Positions 24,201 to 38,900 of a stretch of 64,000 nucleotides of DNA are shown here, in pieces. The notes beneath the pieces were generated by a model, which made no database searches, was not told where the DNA came from, and saw nothing but the letters and a program-made list of their open reading frames with translations. Origin of the DNA: Nemertoderma westbladi. Taxonomy: Eukaryota > Animalia > Xenacoelomorpha. The stretch lies in contig JAUCBJ010008278.1 of NCBI GenBank assembly GCA_032718475.1, forward strand, positions 13,376 through 77,375. The letters are read 5' to 3'. Positions within the stretch are counted from its first letter, which is position 1, and each line of letters begins with the position of its first letter. Both the position numbers and the translations under genes were made by a program.

Positions 24201-27200
24201 TCTGAGTCGACTCCCCGTGCTGCTCGAAGGGCGCAAATACATATATCGAAGGGTCAAAGCAAAACTCACGTGCTGCTCGAAGGGACAAAGTCAAACAATG
24301 TGTCTATTATTTGATGTAATTCACGTGCTGCTCGAAGGGCGCAAATACATATATCGAAGGGTCAAAGCAAAACTCACGTGCTGCTCGAAGGGACAAAGTC
24401 AAACATTGTGTCTATTATTTGATTATCTCACGTGCTGCTAGAAGGGCGCAACTACATATATCGAAACAAGCCCCTGTCTTGTATTTTAATTATATCAGAA
24501 ATCGTTGCCTTCAGTACAAATATCTAAAAATTCATTCACCTGAAGTATGGGTAACATTATAAATTCGTTTTTCGCACAGTAGAGTTAACTAAGCAAATAC
24601 CCTCCAGGTTGACTGAATGATTTTATTAATGTTTGCCATGCATAATGTACTATATTTGGGTCCCATGACCCACCCCATTGAACAGCTTTGCTTACATCTG
24701 ATAGAAAGTAATCCCAAATTAACTTCCCTCTACGAAAATTATTTTAATTAAATACATACAACATAGCAGTCAACTCTGCAATCAACAGTACACAATAACT
24801 AAAATGGCATTCAGCTTACCAGCTATTCGCATTAAGCTAATAGATATTCGATTTCATTCGATTCAGTGAGTGTGTGAGGGCTATTGGGAGAGCAATCAGC
24901 TTATGATGTAATACATTAGAATCCCACGGCTTTTGTTTGCTTACTGTCTGAGTTGTAGAGTGAGGATAATACTTGGCAGAGAAAGCATTTCCTTGTTAGG
25001 TGGCCATTCCTATAGAATAGCATTACTAGGCCATCTCTATCCATTTTTCATGAGTGCCAGCTGGTGTTTTTATCATTGCGCCTATGGCGTTTTTTCGTTT
25101 ATGTCTATTTTTCGAGCCCACGGCTCATGGACGAAATAGCGGAACATACCAGGGACCTTAGAATCGCGGTATCTAGCCGCTGTGAAAATTTCATCAAAAT
25201 CGTTAGAGTAGTTTTGGCTGTAGATCAGCCAGCCAGTCAGCCAGCCAGAGCAATTCTTACAGTAATGAACCTCTCGGTTCCTAACTAGAGACGGCGTCAA
25301 GACGCCGTTAAGCAAGTCGGAAGTCGTCAATCAAAGGTAAGTTCCCTCAACAATGTTTACCTTTGTTCAGAAGGGAAGTGTTATTTATCTATGGTCAGAG
25401 AGAGATCCCACTCTGTAATTTGGCAATTGCTCAAATCCATTCAGCTGAATGACTCAGTAGAGTAAACTAAAGTAAATTCCCTCAGCCTCAACAATGTTTG
25501 CCTATGGTGTGAAGGGAATCTGACAGAGAATAATCTTAGCCACTAAATGTCATTCACCTAACAAAACATTTTGAATGCCACAGTGATTAACCCAATACAG
25601 ATAATAAGCAGTTATTTTTATATTTCAAACTATAATGTTAGTGTAAGCCTTACAGAGTATCAGTATGAGGCTGAGTAAACATTCCGCCTTATAAGCATAC
25701 AGCCTCCACAGTATTAATGTTGGCCAAAAGATTTAAAAATAAAATACAGTGCAATAGTACTCTGTAACCTACAGTCATTCAGCTTGCACTAAATATCAAT
25801 CACCTATAAAACATTTAAACATTTTGAATGCCACAGTGTGTAACCTGATACAGATAATAAGCAGTGATTTTTATGTTTTAAACTATAACGTTAGTGTTAG
25901 CCTTACAGTGTATCAGTATGAAGCTGAGTAAACATTCGCCTTATAAGCATACAACCTCCAAAGTATTAATGTTGGACGAAAGATTTAAAAATAAAATACA
26001 GTGCAGTAGTACTCTGTAACTAACAGTCATTCAGCTTGCACTAAATGTCAATCACCTATAAAACATTTTGAATGCCACAGTGATTATTAACCCAATACAG
26101 ATAATAAGAAGTGATTTTTATATTTCAAACTATAATGTTAGTCTTAGCCTTACAGAGTATCAGTATAAGGCTGAGTAAACATTCCACCTTATAAGCATAC
26201 AGCCTCCACAGTATTAATGTTGGCATAATGTAGCCGATACACTGTATACCTAATAGTCATTCAGCAGGGGGAAGAGTTATTCAGCTGAGGCGGTAATAGA
26301 TTGCAAACTAAACCAACCAGTTGGCAGCCTCATCGATTTATACTAAGCCTGTGTAGAACCACAAACTAAATCAACCAGTTAATATTTGCTTTGACAGAGA
26401 GTGCAGGGCCTAAACAAACAGTATGGGTGTACTAAGTACAATAATCTTGGCAACCTCATCGATTTATACTAAGCCTTGTGTAGAAATGCATTACATAAGC
26501 CATTTTTCATCAGGACACCAGCTGTCATGGGTGTTATTTTACCATTGCGCCTATGGCGTTTTTTCGTTTATCTCTATTTTTCGAGCCCAGAGGCTATGGA
26601 CGGAGTAGCCGATCATGCCAGGGACCTTAGAATCGCGGTATCTAGATGCTGTGAAAATTTCATCAAAATCGTTAGAGTAGTTTTGGCTGTAGATTAGCCA
26701 GTCAGCCAGCCAGTCAGCTAACAATTCTTACAGTAATGAACCTCTCGGTTCCTAACTAGAGACGGCGTCAAGACGCCGTTAAGCAAGTCGGAAGTCATCA
26801 ATCAAATATAAATTCCCTCAACAATGTTTACCTATGGTCAGAATGGAAGGGCTATTTACCTATGGTCAGAGAGAGATCCCACTCTGTAATTTGGCAATTG
26901 CTCAAATTCATTCAGTTGAATGGCACAGTAGAGTGAACTAAACTAAATTCCCTCAACAATGTTTGGCTATGGTCTGAAAGAACTAACAGTCATTCAGCTT
27001 GCACAATGTCAATCACCTACAGTATAAAACATTTAGAATGCCACAGTGTGTATCCTGATACAGATAATAAGCAGTGATATATATATTTCAAACTATAATG
27101 TTAGTGTTAGCCTTACACAGTATCAGTATGAGGCTGAGTAAACATTCCACCTTATAAGCATACTGCCTCCACAGAATTAATGTTGGCCGAAAGATTTAAA

Positions 27201-30200
27201 AATAAAACAATTATTATTATAAATACAGTGCAATCCAATAGTACCCAACACACTGTGTAACTAACAGTCAATCAGCTTACACGTCAATTAACATAGAAGA
27301 GAGAGTAACCTTGTAGATCGCCATAGAAAGCATTGGGAAGAGTTATTCAGCTGAGGCTGTAATAGCCGGCTAACCCAGTGAATGATTATAAAGTTGGCAC
27401 TGTATGTACTTCCTTGTTAGGTGGCTCCCTATAGAATAGCAAACCAACCAGTTGATGTTTGTTTGCACAGAGTGGTTGGTAGGGCCTAAACAAACAGTAT
27501 GGGTGTACTGAGTACAATAATCTTGGCAACCTCATCGATTTATACTAAGCCTTGTGTAGAATTGCATTACATAAGCCATTTTCCATCAGAACACCAGCTG
27601 TCATGGGTGTTATTTTACCATTGCGCCTATGGCGTTTTTTTCGTTTATCTCTATTTTTCGAGCCCAGAGGCTATGGACGGAGTAGCCGATCATGCCAGGG
27701 ACCTTAGAATCGCGGTATCTAGATGCTGTGAAAATTTCATCAAAATCGTTAGAGTAGTTTTGGCTGTAGATCAGCCAGCCAGCCAGCCAGCCAGTCAGCC
27801 AGCCAGCCAGCCAGTCAGTCAGTCAACAATTCTTACAGTAATCAAGTCTAACGACTTGCTAACTAGTGACGGGCCTAGCGGCCCGATAAGGAACCGACTT
27901 TTTATTTCAAATAAAAGAGACAATGAGCTCGGCTCGGTCTGGCACGATTGGGCTCGATTCAGTTCGACTTGGCTTGATCGGCTCGGTTTGGCTCGATTGG
28001 GCTAGACTCGGCTTGATTGGGCTCGACTTGACACATCTCGATTCGGCTCAATCGGCTTGATTGGGTTCGACTAGGCTCGGTCCAGCTCGACTTGGCTCGA
28101 ATTGGCTCGACGCGGCTCGATTGGGCTCGAATCGGCTCGATTGGGATTGATTGGGCTTAACTCGGCTCGATTTGGCTCAACTTGGCTCAGTCTGTCTCGA
28201 CTGGGCTCGGTCCGGCTCTATTGGGCTAGACTCGATTCAATTGGGCTTAACTTGGCTCAGTCTGGCTCGACTTGGCTTGATTGGGCTCAACTCGGCTCCG
28301 TCCGGCTTGACTCAGCTCGATTGGGCTCGACTAGGCTTGATTGGTCTCGACTCGACTCAGTCCGGCTCAATTTGGCATGACACGGCTCGATTGGGTTCGG
28401 CTCGGCTCGGTCTGAGTCGACTCAGCTCGATTCGGCTCGGTTTGGCTCGATTGGGCTCGACTCGGCTAGGGATCTTAGAATCGCGGTATCTAGTCGCAGT
28501 GAAAATTTCATCAAAATCGTTAGAGTAGTTTTGGTTGTAGATGAGCCAGCCAGTCAGCCGGTCAATCCATCTTACAGTAATCAAGTCTTACGACTTTTTT
28601 AAACATACAGTCTCCACAGTATTAATGTTTGGCATTAATGTAGCCATTTCGAAACCACGCTGGTGCGATGCGCGATATCGTGTTTAGTTAATAAATTGAA
28701 AACTCCATCAATTCATGTGCAACCAGTAATAAGAAATCGCGATAAATGTAATTAAATAAAAATTATTCTAGAAAAATTTTCTTCAAAAAGTATGAAGTCT
28801 TGGCGTTGGTGACGCGAAACTAGGCTAGTGAGATTCAGGATATTGCGTTTAATATAAGAATCGAAAACGCTATCGAATTCCGTAACGGCGTTAATAAAAT
28901 ACTGCAACTTTTTTGAAATTTGTAAAATTCTAGAACTAGAAAAAATTTAATTTTGAACGGCGCTGTTTGGGGTTTCGAAACATGGATAGACTGAAAGAGG
29001 ACATCGAATTAAGTTGAAAAATAAAAACCCCATCGAATTTGGACAAAGCGTTCCGGAGTTATAGCGGATCGAAAAAAATTGACCCCCCCCAGTCGCCAAA
29101 AATTTACAGTAATTTAAAATTTTGCAAAAAAAATTTTTTGCGTTATTTTTGATGGCGAATCGATTGGCAGTACTGGCTACGAAAATTTTTTTTTGAAATT
29201 TTTGGTCAGAAAAAAAAACATGGAAAAATTATATTTTTAAAAAGATTTGTCTTTGCCTATGGTCAGAGAATGATCCAACTCTGTAACTTGGCAATCGCTC
29301 AAATCCATTCAGCTGAATGGCACAGTAGAGTAAACTAAAGTAAATTCCCTATACAATGTTCTGAAGGGGAGACTGACAGAGAGTAATCCAACAATAAAAC
29401 ATTTTGCAATAATGTTGGCATTAATGTAGCCAACACACTGTGTACTTAAAGTCATTCAGCTTACATTAGCAGAGTGAGATATTCTCATAGAATGCATTGG
29501 GAAGAGTAATTCAGCTGAGGCGATAATAGATTTCTAACTAAACCAACCAGTTAATATTTGCTTTGACAGAGTGTCCTAGGGCCTAAACAACAGTATGGGT
29601 GTACTAAGTACAATAATCTTGGCAACCTCATCGATTTATACTAAGCCTTGTGTAGAAATCCATTACATAAGCCATTTTTCATCACGACACCAGCTGTTAT
29701 TGGTGTTATTTTACCATTGCGCCTATGGCGTTTTTTCGTTTATGTCTATTTTTCGAGCCCACGGCTCATGGACGAAATAGCGGAACATACCAGGGACCTT
29801 CGAATCGCGGTACCGGTATCAAGCCACTGTGAAAATTTCATCAAAATCGTTAGAGTAGTTTTGGCTGTAGATTAGCCAGTCAGCCAGTCAGCCAGTCAAT
29901 CAGCCAACAATTCTTACAGTAATGAACCTCTCGGTTCCTAATGACGGGCCTAGCGGCCCGATAAGGAACCGACTTTTTATTTTAAATAAAAGAGCCAACG
30001 AGAATTAGTATAGAACTAATAATTATGTAAAAATACAATCATATTTCATACAATAATTATTAATAAATTCGATCTATTATTAGTTACTCAATTCTGGAAC
30101 AACATCGACCTGCAACTAGTGAAGACCTCGTTTTGGAATTTTGAAACCACACTGGTGCGATGCGCGATATCGTGTTTAGTTAATAAATTGAAAACTCCAT

Positions 30201-31444
30201 CAATTCATGTGCAACCAGTAATAAGAAATCGCTATAAATGTAATTAAATAAAAATTATTCACGAAAAATTTTCCTCAAAAAGTATGAAGTCTTGGCATTG
30301 GTGACGCGAAACTAGGCTAGTGAGATTCAGGATATTGCGTTTAATATAAAAATCGAAAACGCTATCGAATTCCGTTAAGGCGTTAATAAAATACTGCAAC
30401 TTTTTTGAAATTTGTAAAATTCTAGAACTAGAAAAAATTCATTTTTGAACGGCGCTGTTTGGGGTTTCGAAACATGGATAGGCTGAAAGAGGACATCGAA
30501 TTAATTTGAAAAATAAAAACCCCATCGAATTTGGAAATAGCGTTCCGGAGTTATAGCGGATCGAAAAAAATTGACCCCCCCCCAGTCGCCAAAAATTTAC
30601 AGTAATTTAAAATTTTGCAAAAAAAAATTTTTGCGTTATTTTTGATGGCGAATCGATTGGCAGTACTGGCTACGAAAAATTTTTTTTGAAGTTTTTGGTC
30701 AGAAAAAAAAACATGGAAAAAGTATCCTTTTAAAAAGATTTTATGTCTTTGCCTATGGTCAGAGAATGATCCAACTCTGTAACTTGGCAATCGCTCAAAT
30801 CCATTCAGCTGAATGGCACAGTAGAGTAAACTAAAGTAAATTCCCTATACAATGTTCTGAAGGGGAGACTGGCAGAGAGTAATCCAACAATAAAACATTT
30901 TGCAATAATGTTGGCATTAATGTAGCCAACACACTGTGTACATAAGTCATTCAGCTTACATTAGCAGAGGGAGTAACTTGTAGGTATTCCCATAGATTGG
31001 ATTGGGAAGAGTAATTCAGCTGAGGCGATAATAGATTTCAAACGAAATCGACCAGTTAATATTTGCTTTGACAGAGTGTCCTAGGGCCTAAACAAACAGT
31101 ATGGGTGTACTAAGTACAATAATCTTGGCAACCTCATCGATTTATACTAAGCCTTGTGTAGAAATCCATTACATAAGCCATTTTTCATCACGACACCAGC
31201 TGTTATTGGTGTTATTTTACCATTGCGCCTATGGCGTTTTTTCGTTTATGTCTATTTTTCGAGCCCACGGCTCATGGACGAAATAGCGGAACATACCAGG
31301 GACCTTAGAATCGCGGTATCTAGCCGCTGTGAAAATTTCATCAAAATCGTTAGAGTAGTTTTGGCTGTAGATTAGCCAGTCAGCCAGTCAATCAATCAAT
31401 CAATCAGCCAACAATTCTTACAGTAATGAACCTCTCGGTTCCTA

Positions 31445-32953
31445 ACTAGAGACGGCGTCAAGACGCCGTTAAGCAAGTCGGAAGTCGTCAATCAAAGGTA
31501 AGTTCCCTCAACAATGTTTACCTTTGTTCAGAAGGGAAGTGTTATTTATCTATGGTCAGAGAGAGATCCCACTCTGTAATTTGGCAATTGCTCAAATCCA
31601 TTCAGCTGAATGACTCAGTAGAGTAAACTAAAGTAAATTCCCTCAGCCTCAACAATGTTTGCCTATGGTGTGAAGGGAATCTGACAGAGAATAATCTTAG
31701 CCACTAAATGTCATTCACCTAACAAAACATTTTGAATGCCACAGTGATTAACCCAATACAGATAATAAGCAGTTATTTTTATATTTCAAACTATAATGTT
31801 AGTGTAAGCCTTACAGAGTATCAGTATGAGGCTGAGTAAACATTCCGCCTTATAAGCATACAGCCTCCACAGTATTAATGTTGGCCAAAAGATTTAAAAA
31901 TAAAATACAGTGCAATAGTACTCTGTAACCTACAGTCATTCAGCTTGCACTAAATATCAATCACCTATAAAACATTTAAACATTTTGAATGCCACAGTGT
32001 GTAACCTGATACAGATAATAAGCAGTGATTTTTATGTTTTAAACTATAACGTTAGTGTTAGCCTTACAGTGTATCACTATGAAGCTGAGTAAACATTCGC
32101 CTTATAAGCATACAACCTCCAAAGTATTAATGTTGGACGAAAGATTTAAAAATAAAATACAGTGCAGTAGTACTCTGTAACTAACAGTCATTCAGCTTGC
32201 ACTAAATGTCAATCAACTATAAAACATTTTGAATGCCACAGTGATTATTAACCCAATACAGATAATAAGAAGTGATTTTTATATTTCAAACTATAATGTT
32301 AGTCTTAGCCTTACAGAGTATCAGTATAAGGCTGAGTAAACATTCCACCTTATAAGCATACAGCCTCCACAGTATTAATGTTGGCATAATGTAGCCGATA
32401 CACTGTATACCTAATAGTCATTCAGCAGGGGGAAGAGTTATTCAGCTGAGGCGGTAATAGATTGCAAACTAAACCAAACAGTTGACAGCCTCATCGATTT
32501 ATACTAAGCCTGTGTAGAACCACAAACTAAATCAACCAGTTAATATTTGCTTTGACAGAGAGTGCAGGGCCTAAACAAACAGTATGGGTGTACTAAGTAC
32601 AATAATCTTGGCAACCTCATCGATTTATACTAAGCCTTGTGTAGAAATGCATTACATAAGCCATTTTTCATCAGGACACCAGCTGTCATTGATGTTATTT
32701 TACCATTGCGCCTATGGCGTTTTTTCGTTTATCTCTATTTTTCGAGCCCAGAGGCTATGGACGGAGTAGCCGATCATACCAGGGACCTTAGAATCGTGGT
32801 ATCTAGTCGCTGTGAAAATTTCATCAAATTCGTTAGAGCAGTTTTGGCTGTAGATCAGTCAGTCAGTCAGCCAGCCAGTCAGCCAGCCAGTCAGCCAGCC
32901 AGTCAGCCAGTCAGTCAACAATTCTTACAGTAATCAAGTCTAACGACTTGCTA
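31445..32953 (-). mobile_element. Family B unit with ~3 internal ~250-bp tandem repeats (B2, ~1.5 kb)
   Basis: B termini. The block cactaaat..tcacct..aaacattttgaatgccacagtg..gtattaatgttgg occurs three times. The same arrangement is at 25541, 25787 and 26039. Confidence 0.8.
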
Positions 32954-35900
32954 ACTAGTGACGGGCCTAGCGGCCTGATAAGGAACCGACTTTTTATTTT
33001 AAATAAAAGAGACAACGAGAATTAGTATAGAACTAATAATTATCTAAAAATACAATCATATTTCATACAATAATTATTAATAAATTCGATCTATTATTAG
33101 TTGCTCAATTCTAGAACAAAATCGACCTGCAACCAGTGAAGACCTCGTTTTGGAATTTCGAAACCACGCTGGTGCGATGCGCGATATCGTGTTTAGTTAA
33201 TAAATTAAAAACTCCATCAATTCATGTGCAATCAGTAATAAGAAATCGCTATAAATGTAATTAAATAAAAATTATTCTAGAAAAATTTTCCTCAAAAAGT
33301 ATGAAATCTTGGCACTGGTGACGCGAAACTAGGCTAGTGAGATTCAGGATATTGCATTTAATATAAAAATCGAAAACGCTATCGAATTCCGTAAAGGCGT
33401 TAATAAAATACTGCAACTTTTTTGAAATTTGTAAAATTCTAGAACTAGAAAAAAATAATTTTTGAACGGCGCTGTTTGGGGTTTCGAAACATGGATAGGC
33501 TGAAAGAGGACATCGAATTAAGTTGAAAAATGAAAACCCCATCGAATTTGGACGAAGCGTTCCGGAGTTATAGCGGATCGAAAAAAATTGACCCCCCCCC
33601 AGTCGCCAAAAATTTACAGTAATTTAAAATTTTGCAAAAAAAATTTTTTGCGTTATTTTTGATGGCGAATCGATTGGCAGTACTGGCTACGAAAATTTTT
33701 TTTTGAAATTTTTGGTCAGAAAAAAAAACATGGAAAAAGTATATTTTTAAAAAGATTTGATGTCTTTGCCTATGGTCAGAGAATGATCCAACTCTGTAAC
33801 TTGGCAATCGCTCAAATCCATTCAGCTGAATGGCACATTAGAGTAAACTAAAGTAAATTCCCTATACAATGTTCTGAAGGGGAGACTGACAGAGAGTTCA
33901 ACAATAAAACATTTTGCAATAATGTTGACATTAATGTAGCCAACTCACTGTGTACTTAAGTCATTCAGCTTACATTAGCAGAGGGAGATATTCCCATAGA
34001 GTGCGCATTGGGAAGAGTAATTCAGCTGAGGCAATAATAGATTTCAAACTAAACCAACCAGTTAATATTTGCTTTGACAGAGTGTCCTAGGGCCTAAACA
34101 AACAGTATTGGTGTACTAAGTGAATAATCTTGGCAACCTCATCGATTTATACTAAGCCTTGTGTAGAAATCCATTACGTAAGCCATTTTTCATCACGACA
34201 CCAGCTGTTATTGGTGATATTTTACCATTGCGCCTATGGCGTTTTTTCGTTTATGTCTATTTTTCGAGCCCACGGCTCATGGACGAAATAGCGGAACATA
34301 CCAGAGACCTTAGAATCGCGGTATCCAGCCGCTGTGAAAATTTCATCAAAATCGTTAGAGTAGTTTTGGCTATAGATTAGCCAGCCAGTCAGCCAGCCAG
34401 TCAGCCAGTCAGCTAACAATTCTTACAGTAATGAACCTCTCGGTTCCTAACTAGTGACGGGCCTAGCGGCCCGATAAGGAACCGACTTTTTATTTTAAAT
34501 AAAAGAGACAACGAGAATTAGTATAGAACTAATAATTATGTAAAAATACAATCATATTTCATACAATAATTATTAATAAATTCGATCTATTATTAGTTGC
34601 TCAATTCTAGAACAAAATCGACCTGCAACTAGTGAAGACCTCGTTTTGGAATTTCGAAACCACGCTGGTGCGATGCGCGATATCGTGTTTAGTTAATAAA
34701 TTGAAAACTCCATCAATTCATGTGCAACCAGTAATATGAAATCGCGATAAATGTAATTAAATAAAAATTATTCTAGAAAAATTTTCCTCAAAAAGTATGA
34801 AGTCTTGGCATTGGTGACGCGAAACTAGGCAAGTGAAATTCAGGATATTGCGTTCATTATAAAAATCGAAAACGCTATCGAATTCCGTAAAGGCGTTAAT
34901 AAAATACTGCAACTTTTTTGAAATTTGTAAAATTCTAGAACTAGAAAAAATTAATTTTTGAACGGCGCTGTTTAGGGTTTCGAAACATGGATAGGCTGAA
35001 AGAGGACATCGAATTAAGTTGAAAAATGAAAACCCCATCGAATTTGGACAAAGCGTTCCGGAGTTACAGCGGATCGAAAAAAATTGACCCCCCCCCCCAG
35101 TCGCCAAAAATTTACAGTAATTTATAATTTTGCAAAAAAATTTTTTTGCGTTATTTTTGATGGCGAATCGATTGGCAGTACTGGCTAAGAAAAATTTTTT
35201 TTTGAAATTTTTGGTCAGAAAAAAAAAATGGAAAAATGTATATTTTTAAAAAGATTTGATGTCTTTGCCTATGGTCAGAGAATGATCCAACTCTGTAACT
35301 TGGCAATCGCTCAAATCCATTCAGCTGAATGGCACAGTAGAGTAAACTAAAGTAAATTCCCTATACAATGTTCTGAAGGGGAGACTGACAGAGAGTAATC
35401 CAACAATAAAACATTTTGCAATAATGTTGGCATTAATGTAGCCAACTCACTGTGTACGTAACAGTCATTCAGCTTACATTAGCAGAGTGAGATATTCGCA
35501 TATAATGCATTGGGAAGAGTAATTCAGCTGAGGCGATAAACTAAACCAACCCGTTAATGTTTGCTTTGACAGAGAGTGGTGGCCTATACAAACAGTGGGT
35601 GTACTGAGTATAATAATCTTGGCAACCTCATCGATTTATTACTAAGCCTTCTGTAGAAATCCATTACATAAGCCATTTTTCATCAGGACACCAGCTGCTG
35701 TCATTGGTGTTATTTTACCATTGCGCCTATGGCGTTTTTTCGTTTATCTCTATTTTTCGAGCCCAAGGCTCATGGACGAAATAGCGGAACATACCAGGTA
35801 CCTTAGAATCGCGGTATCCAGCCGCTGTGAAAATTTCATCAAAATCGTTAGAGTAGTTTTGGCTATAGATTAGCCAGCCAGTCAGTCAACAATTCTTACA

Positions 35901-38900
35901 GTAATGAACCTCTCGGTTCCTAACTAGAGACGGCGTCAAGACGCCGTTAAGCAAGTCGGAAGTCATCAATCAAATATAAATTCCCTCAACAATGTTTACC
36001 TATGGTCAGAATGGAAGGGCTATTTACCTATGGTCAGAGAGAGATCCCACTCTGTAATTTGGCAATTGCTCAAATTCATTCAGTTGAATGGCACAGTAGA
36101 GTGAACTAAACTAAATTCCCTCAACAATGTTTGGCTATGGTCTGAAAGAACTAACAGTCATTCAGCTTGCACAATGTCAATCACCTACAGTATAAAACAT
36201 TTAGAATGCCACAGTGTGTATCCTGATACAGATAATAAGCAGTGATATATATATTTCAAACTATAATGTTAGTGTTAGCCTTACACAGTATCAGTATGAG
36301 GCTGAGTAAACATTCCACCTTATAAGCATACTGCCTCCACAGAATTAATGTTGGCCGAAAGATTTAAAAATAAAACAATTATTATTATAAATACAGTGCA
36401 ATCCAATAGTACCCAACACACTGTGTAACTAACAGTCAATCAGCTTACACGTCAATTAACATAGAAGAGAGAGTAACCTTGTAGATCGCCATAGAAAGCA
36501 TTGGGAAGAGTTATTCAGCTGAGGCTGTAATAGCCGGCTAACCCAGTGAATGATTATAAAGTTGGCACTGTATGTACTTCCTTGTTAGGTGGCTCCCTAT
36601 AGAATAGCAAACCAACCAGTTGATGTTTGTTTGCACAGAGTGGTTGGTAGGGCCTAAACAAACAGTATGGGTGTACTGAGTATAATACTCTTGGCAACCT
36701 CATCTATTTAATACTAAGCCTTGTGTAGAATTGCATTACATAAGTCATTTTTCATCAGGACACCAGCTGTCACGGGTGTTATTTTACCATTGCGCCTATG
36801 GCGTTTTTTTCGTTTATCTCTATTTTTCGAGCCCAGAGGCTATGGACGGAGTAGCCGATCATGCCAGGGACCTTAGAATCGCGGTATCTAGATGCTGTGA
36901 AAATTTCATCAAAATCGTTAGAGTAGTTTTGGCTGTAGATCAGCCAGCCAGCCAGCCAGCCAGTCAGCCAGCCAGCCAGCCAGTCAGTCAGTCAACAATT
37001 CTTACAGTAATCAAGTCTAACGACTTGCTAACTAGTGACGGGCCTAGTGGCCCGATAAGGAACCGACTTTTTATTTTAAATAAAAGAGACAACGAGAATT
37101 AGTATAGAACTAATAATTATGTAAAAATACAATCATATTTCATACAATAATTATTAATAAATTCGATCTATTATTAGTTGCTCAATTCTAGAACAACTCG
37201 TTTTGGAATTTCGAAACCAAGCTGGTGCGATGCGCGATATCGTGTTTAGTTAATAAATTGAAAACTCCATCAATTCATGTGCAAGCAGTAATAAGAAATC
37301 GCTATAAATGTAATTAAGTAAAAATTATTCTAGAAAAATTTTCCTCAAAAAGTATGAAGTCTTGGCATTGGTGACGCGAAACTAGGCTAGTGAGATTCAG
37401 GATATTGCGTTTAATATAAAAATCGAAAACGCTATCGAATTCCGTAAAGGCGTTAATAAAATACTGCAACTTTTTTAAAATTTGTAAAATTCTAGAACTA
37501 GAAAAAATCAATTTTTGAACGGCGCTGTTTGGGGTTTCGAAACATGGTTAGGCTGAAAGAGGACGTCGAATTAAGTTGAAAAATGAAAACCCCATCGAAT
37601 TTGGACAAAGCGTTCCGGAGTTATAGCGGATCGAAAAAAATTGACCCCCCCCAGTCGCCAAAAATTTACAGCAATTTAAAATTTTGCAAAAAAATTTTTT
37701 TGCGTTATTTTTGATGGCGAATCGATTGGCAGTACTGGCTACGAAAAAATTTTTTTTGAAATTTTTGGTCAAAAAAAAAACATGGAAAAAGTATATTTTT
37801 AAAAAGATTTCATGTCTTTGCCTATGGTCAGAGAATGATCCAACTCTGTAACTTGGCAATCGCTCAAATCCATTCAGCTGAATGGCACAGTAGAGTAAAC
37901 TAAATTAAATTCCCTATACAATGTTCTGAAGGGGAGACTGACAGAGAGTAATCCAACAATAAAACGGCATTAATGTAGCCAACACACTGTGTACTTAAGT
38001 CATTCAGCTTACATTAGCAGAGGGAGATATTCCCATAGAATGCGCATTGGGAAGAGTAATTCAGCTGAGGCAATAATAGATTTCAAACTAAACCAACCAG
38101 TTAATATTTGCTTTGACAGAGTGTCATAGGGCCTAAACAAACAGTATGGGTGTACTAAGTATAATAATCTTGGCAACCTCATCGATTTATACTAAGCCTT
38201 GTGTAGAAATCCATTACATAAGCCATTTTTCATCACGACACCAGCTGTTATTGGTGATATTTTACCATTGCACCAATGGCGTTTTTTCGTTTATGTCTAT
38301 TTTTCGAGCCCATGGCTCATGGACGAAATAGCGGAACATACCAGGGACCTTCGAATCGCGGTATCTAGATGCTGTGAAAATTTCATCAAAATCGTTAGAG
38401 CAGTTTTGGCTGTAGATCAGTCAGCCAGCCAGTCAGCCAGTCAGCTAACAATTCTTACAGTAATGAACCTCTCGGTTCCTAACTAGAGACGGCGTCAAGA
38501 CGCCGTTAAGCAAGTCGGAAGTCATCAATCAAATATAAATTCCCTCAACAATGTTTACCTATGGTCAGAATGGAAGGGCTATTTACCTATGGTCAGAGAG
38601 AGATCCCACTCTGTAATTTGGCAATTGCTCAAATTCATTCAGTTGAATGGCACAGTAGAGTGAACTAAACTAAATTCCCTCAACAATGTTTGGCTATGGT
38701 CTGAAAGAACTAACAGTCATTCAGCTTGCACAATGTCAATCACCTACAGTATAAAACATTTAGAATGCCACAGTGTGTATCCTGATACAGATAATAAGCA
38801 GTGATATATATATTTCAAACTATAATGTTAGTGTTAGCCTTACACAGTATCAGTATGAGGCTGAGTAAACATTCCACCTTATAAGCATACTGCCTCCACA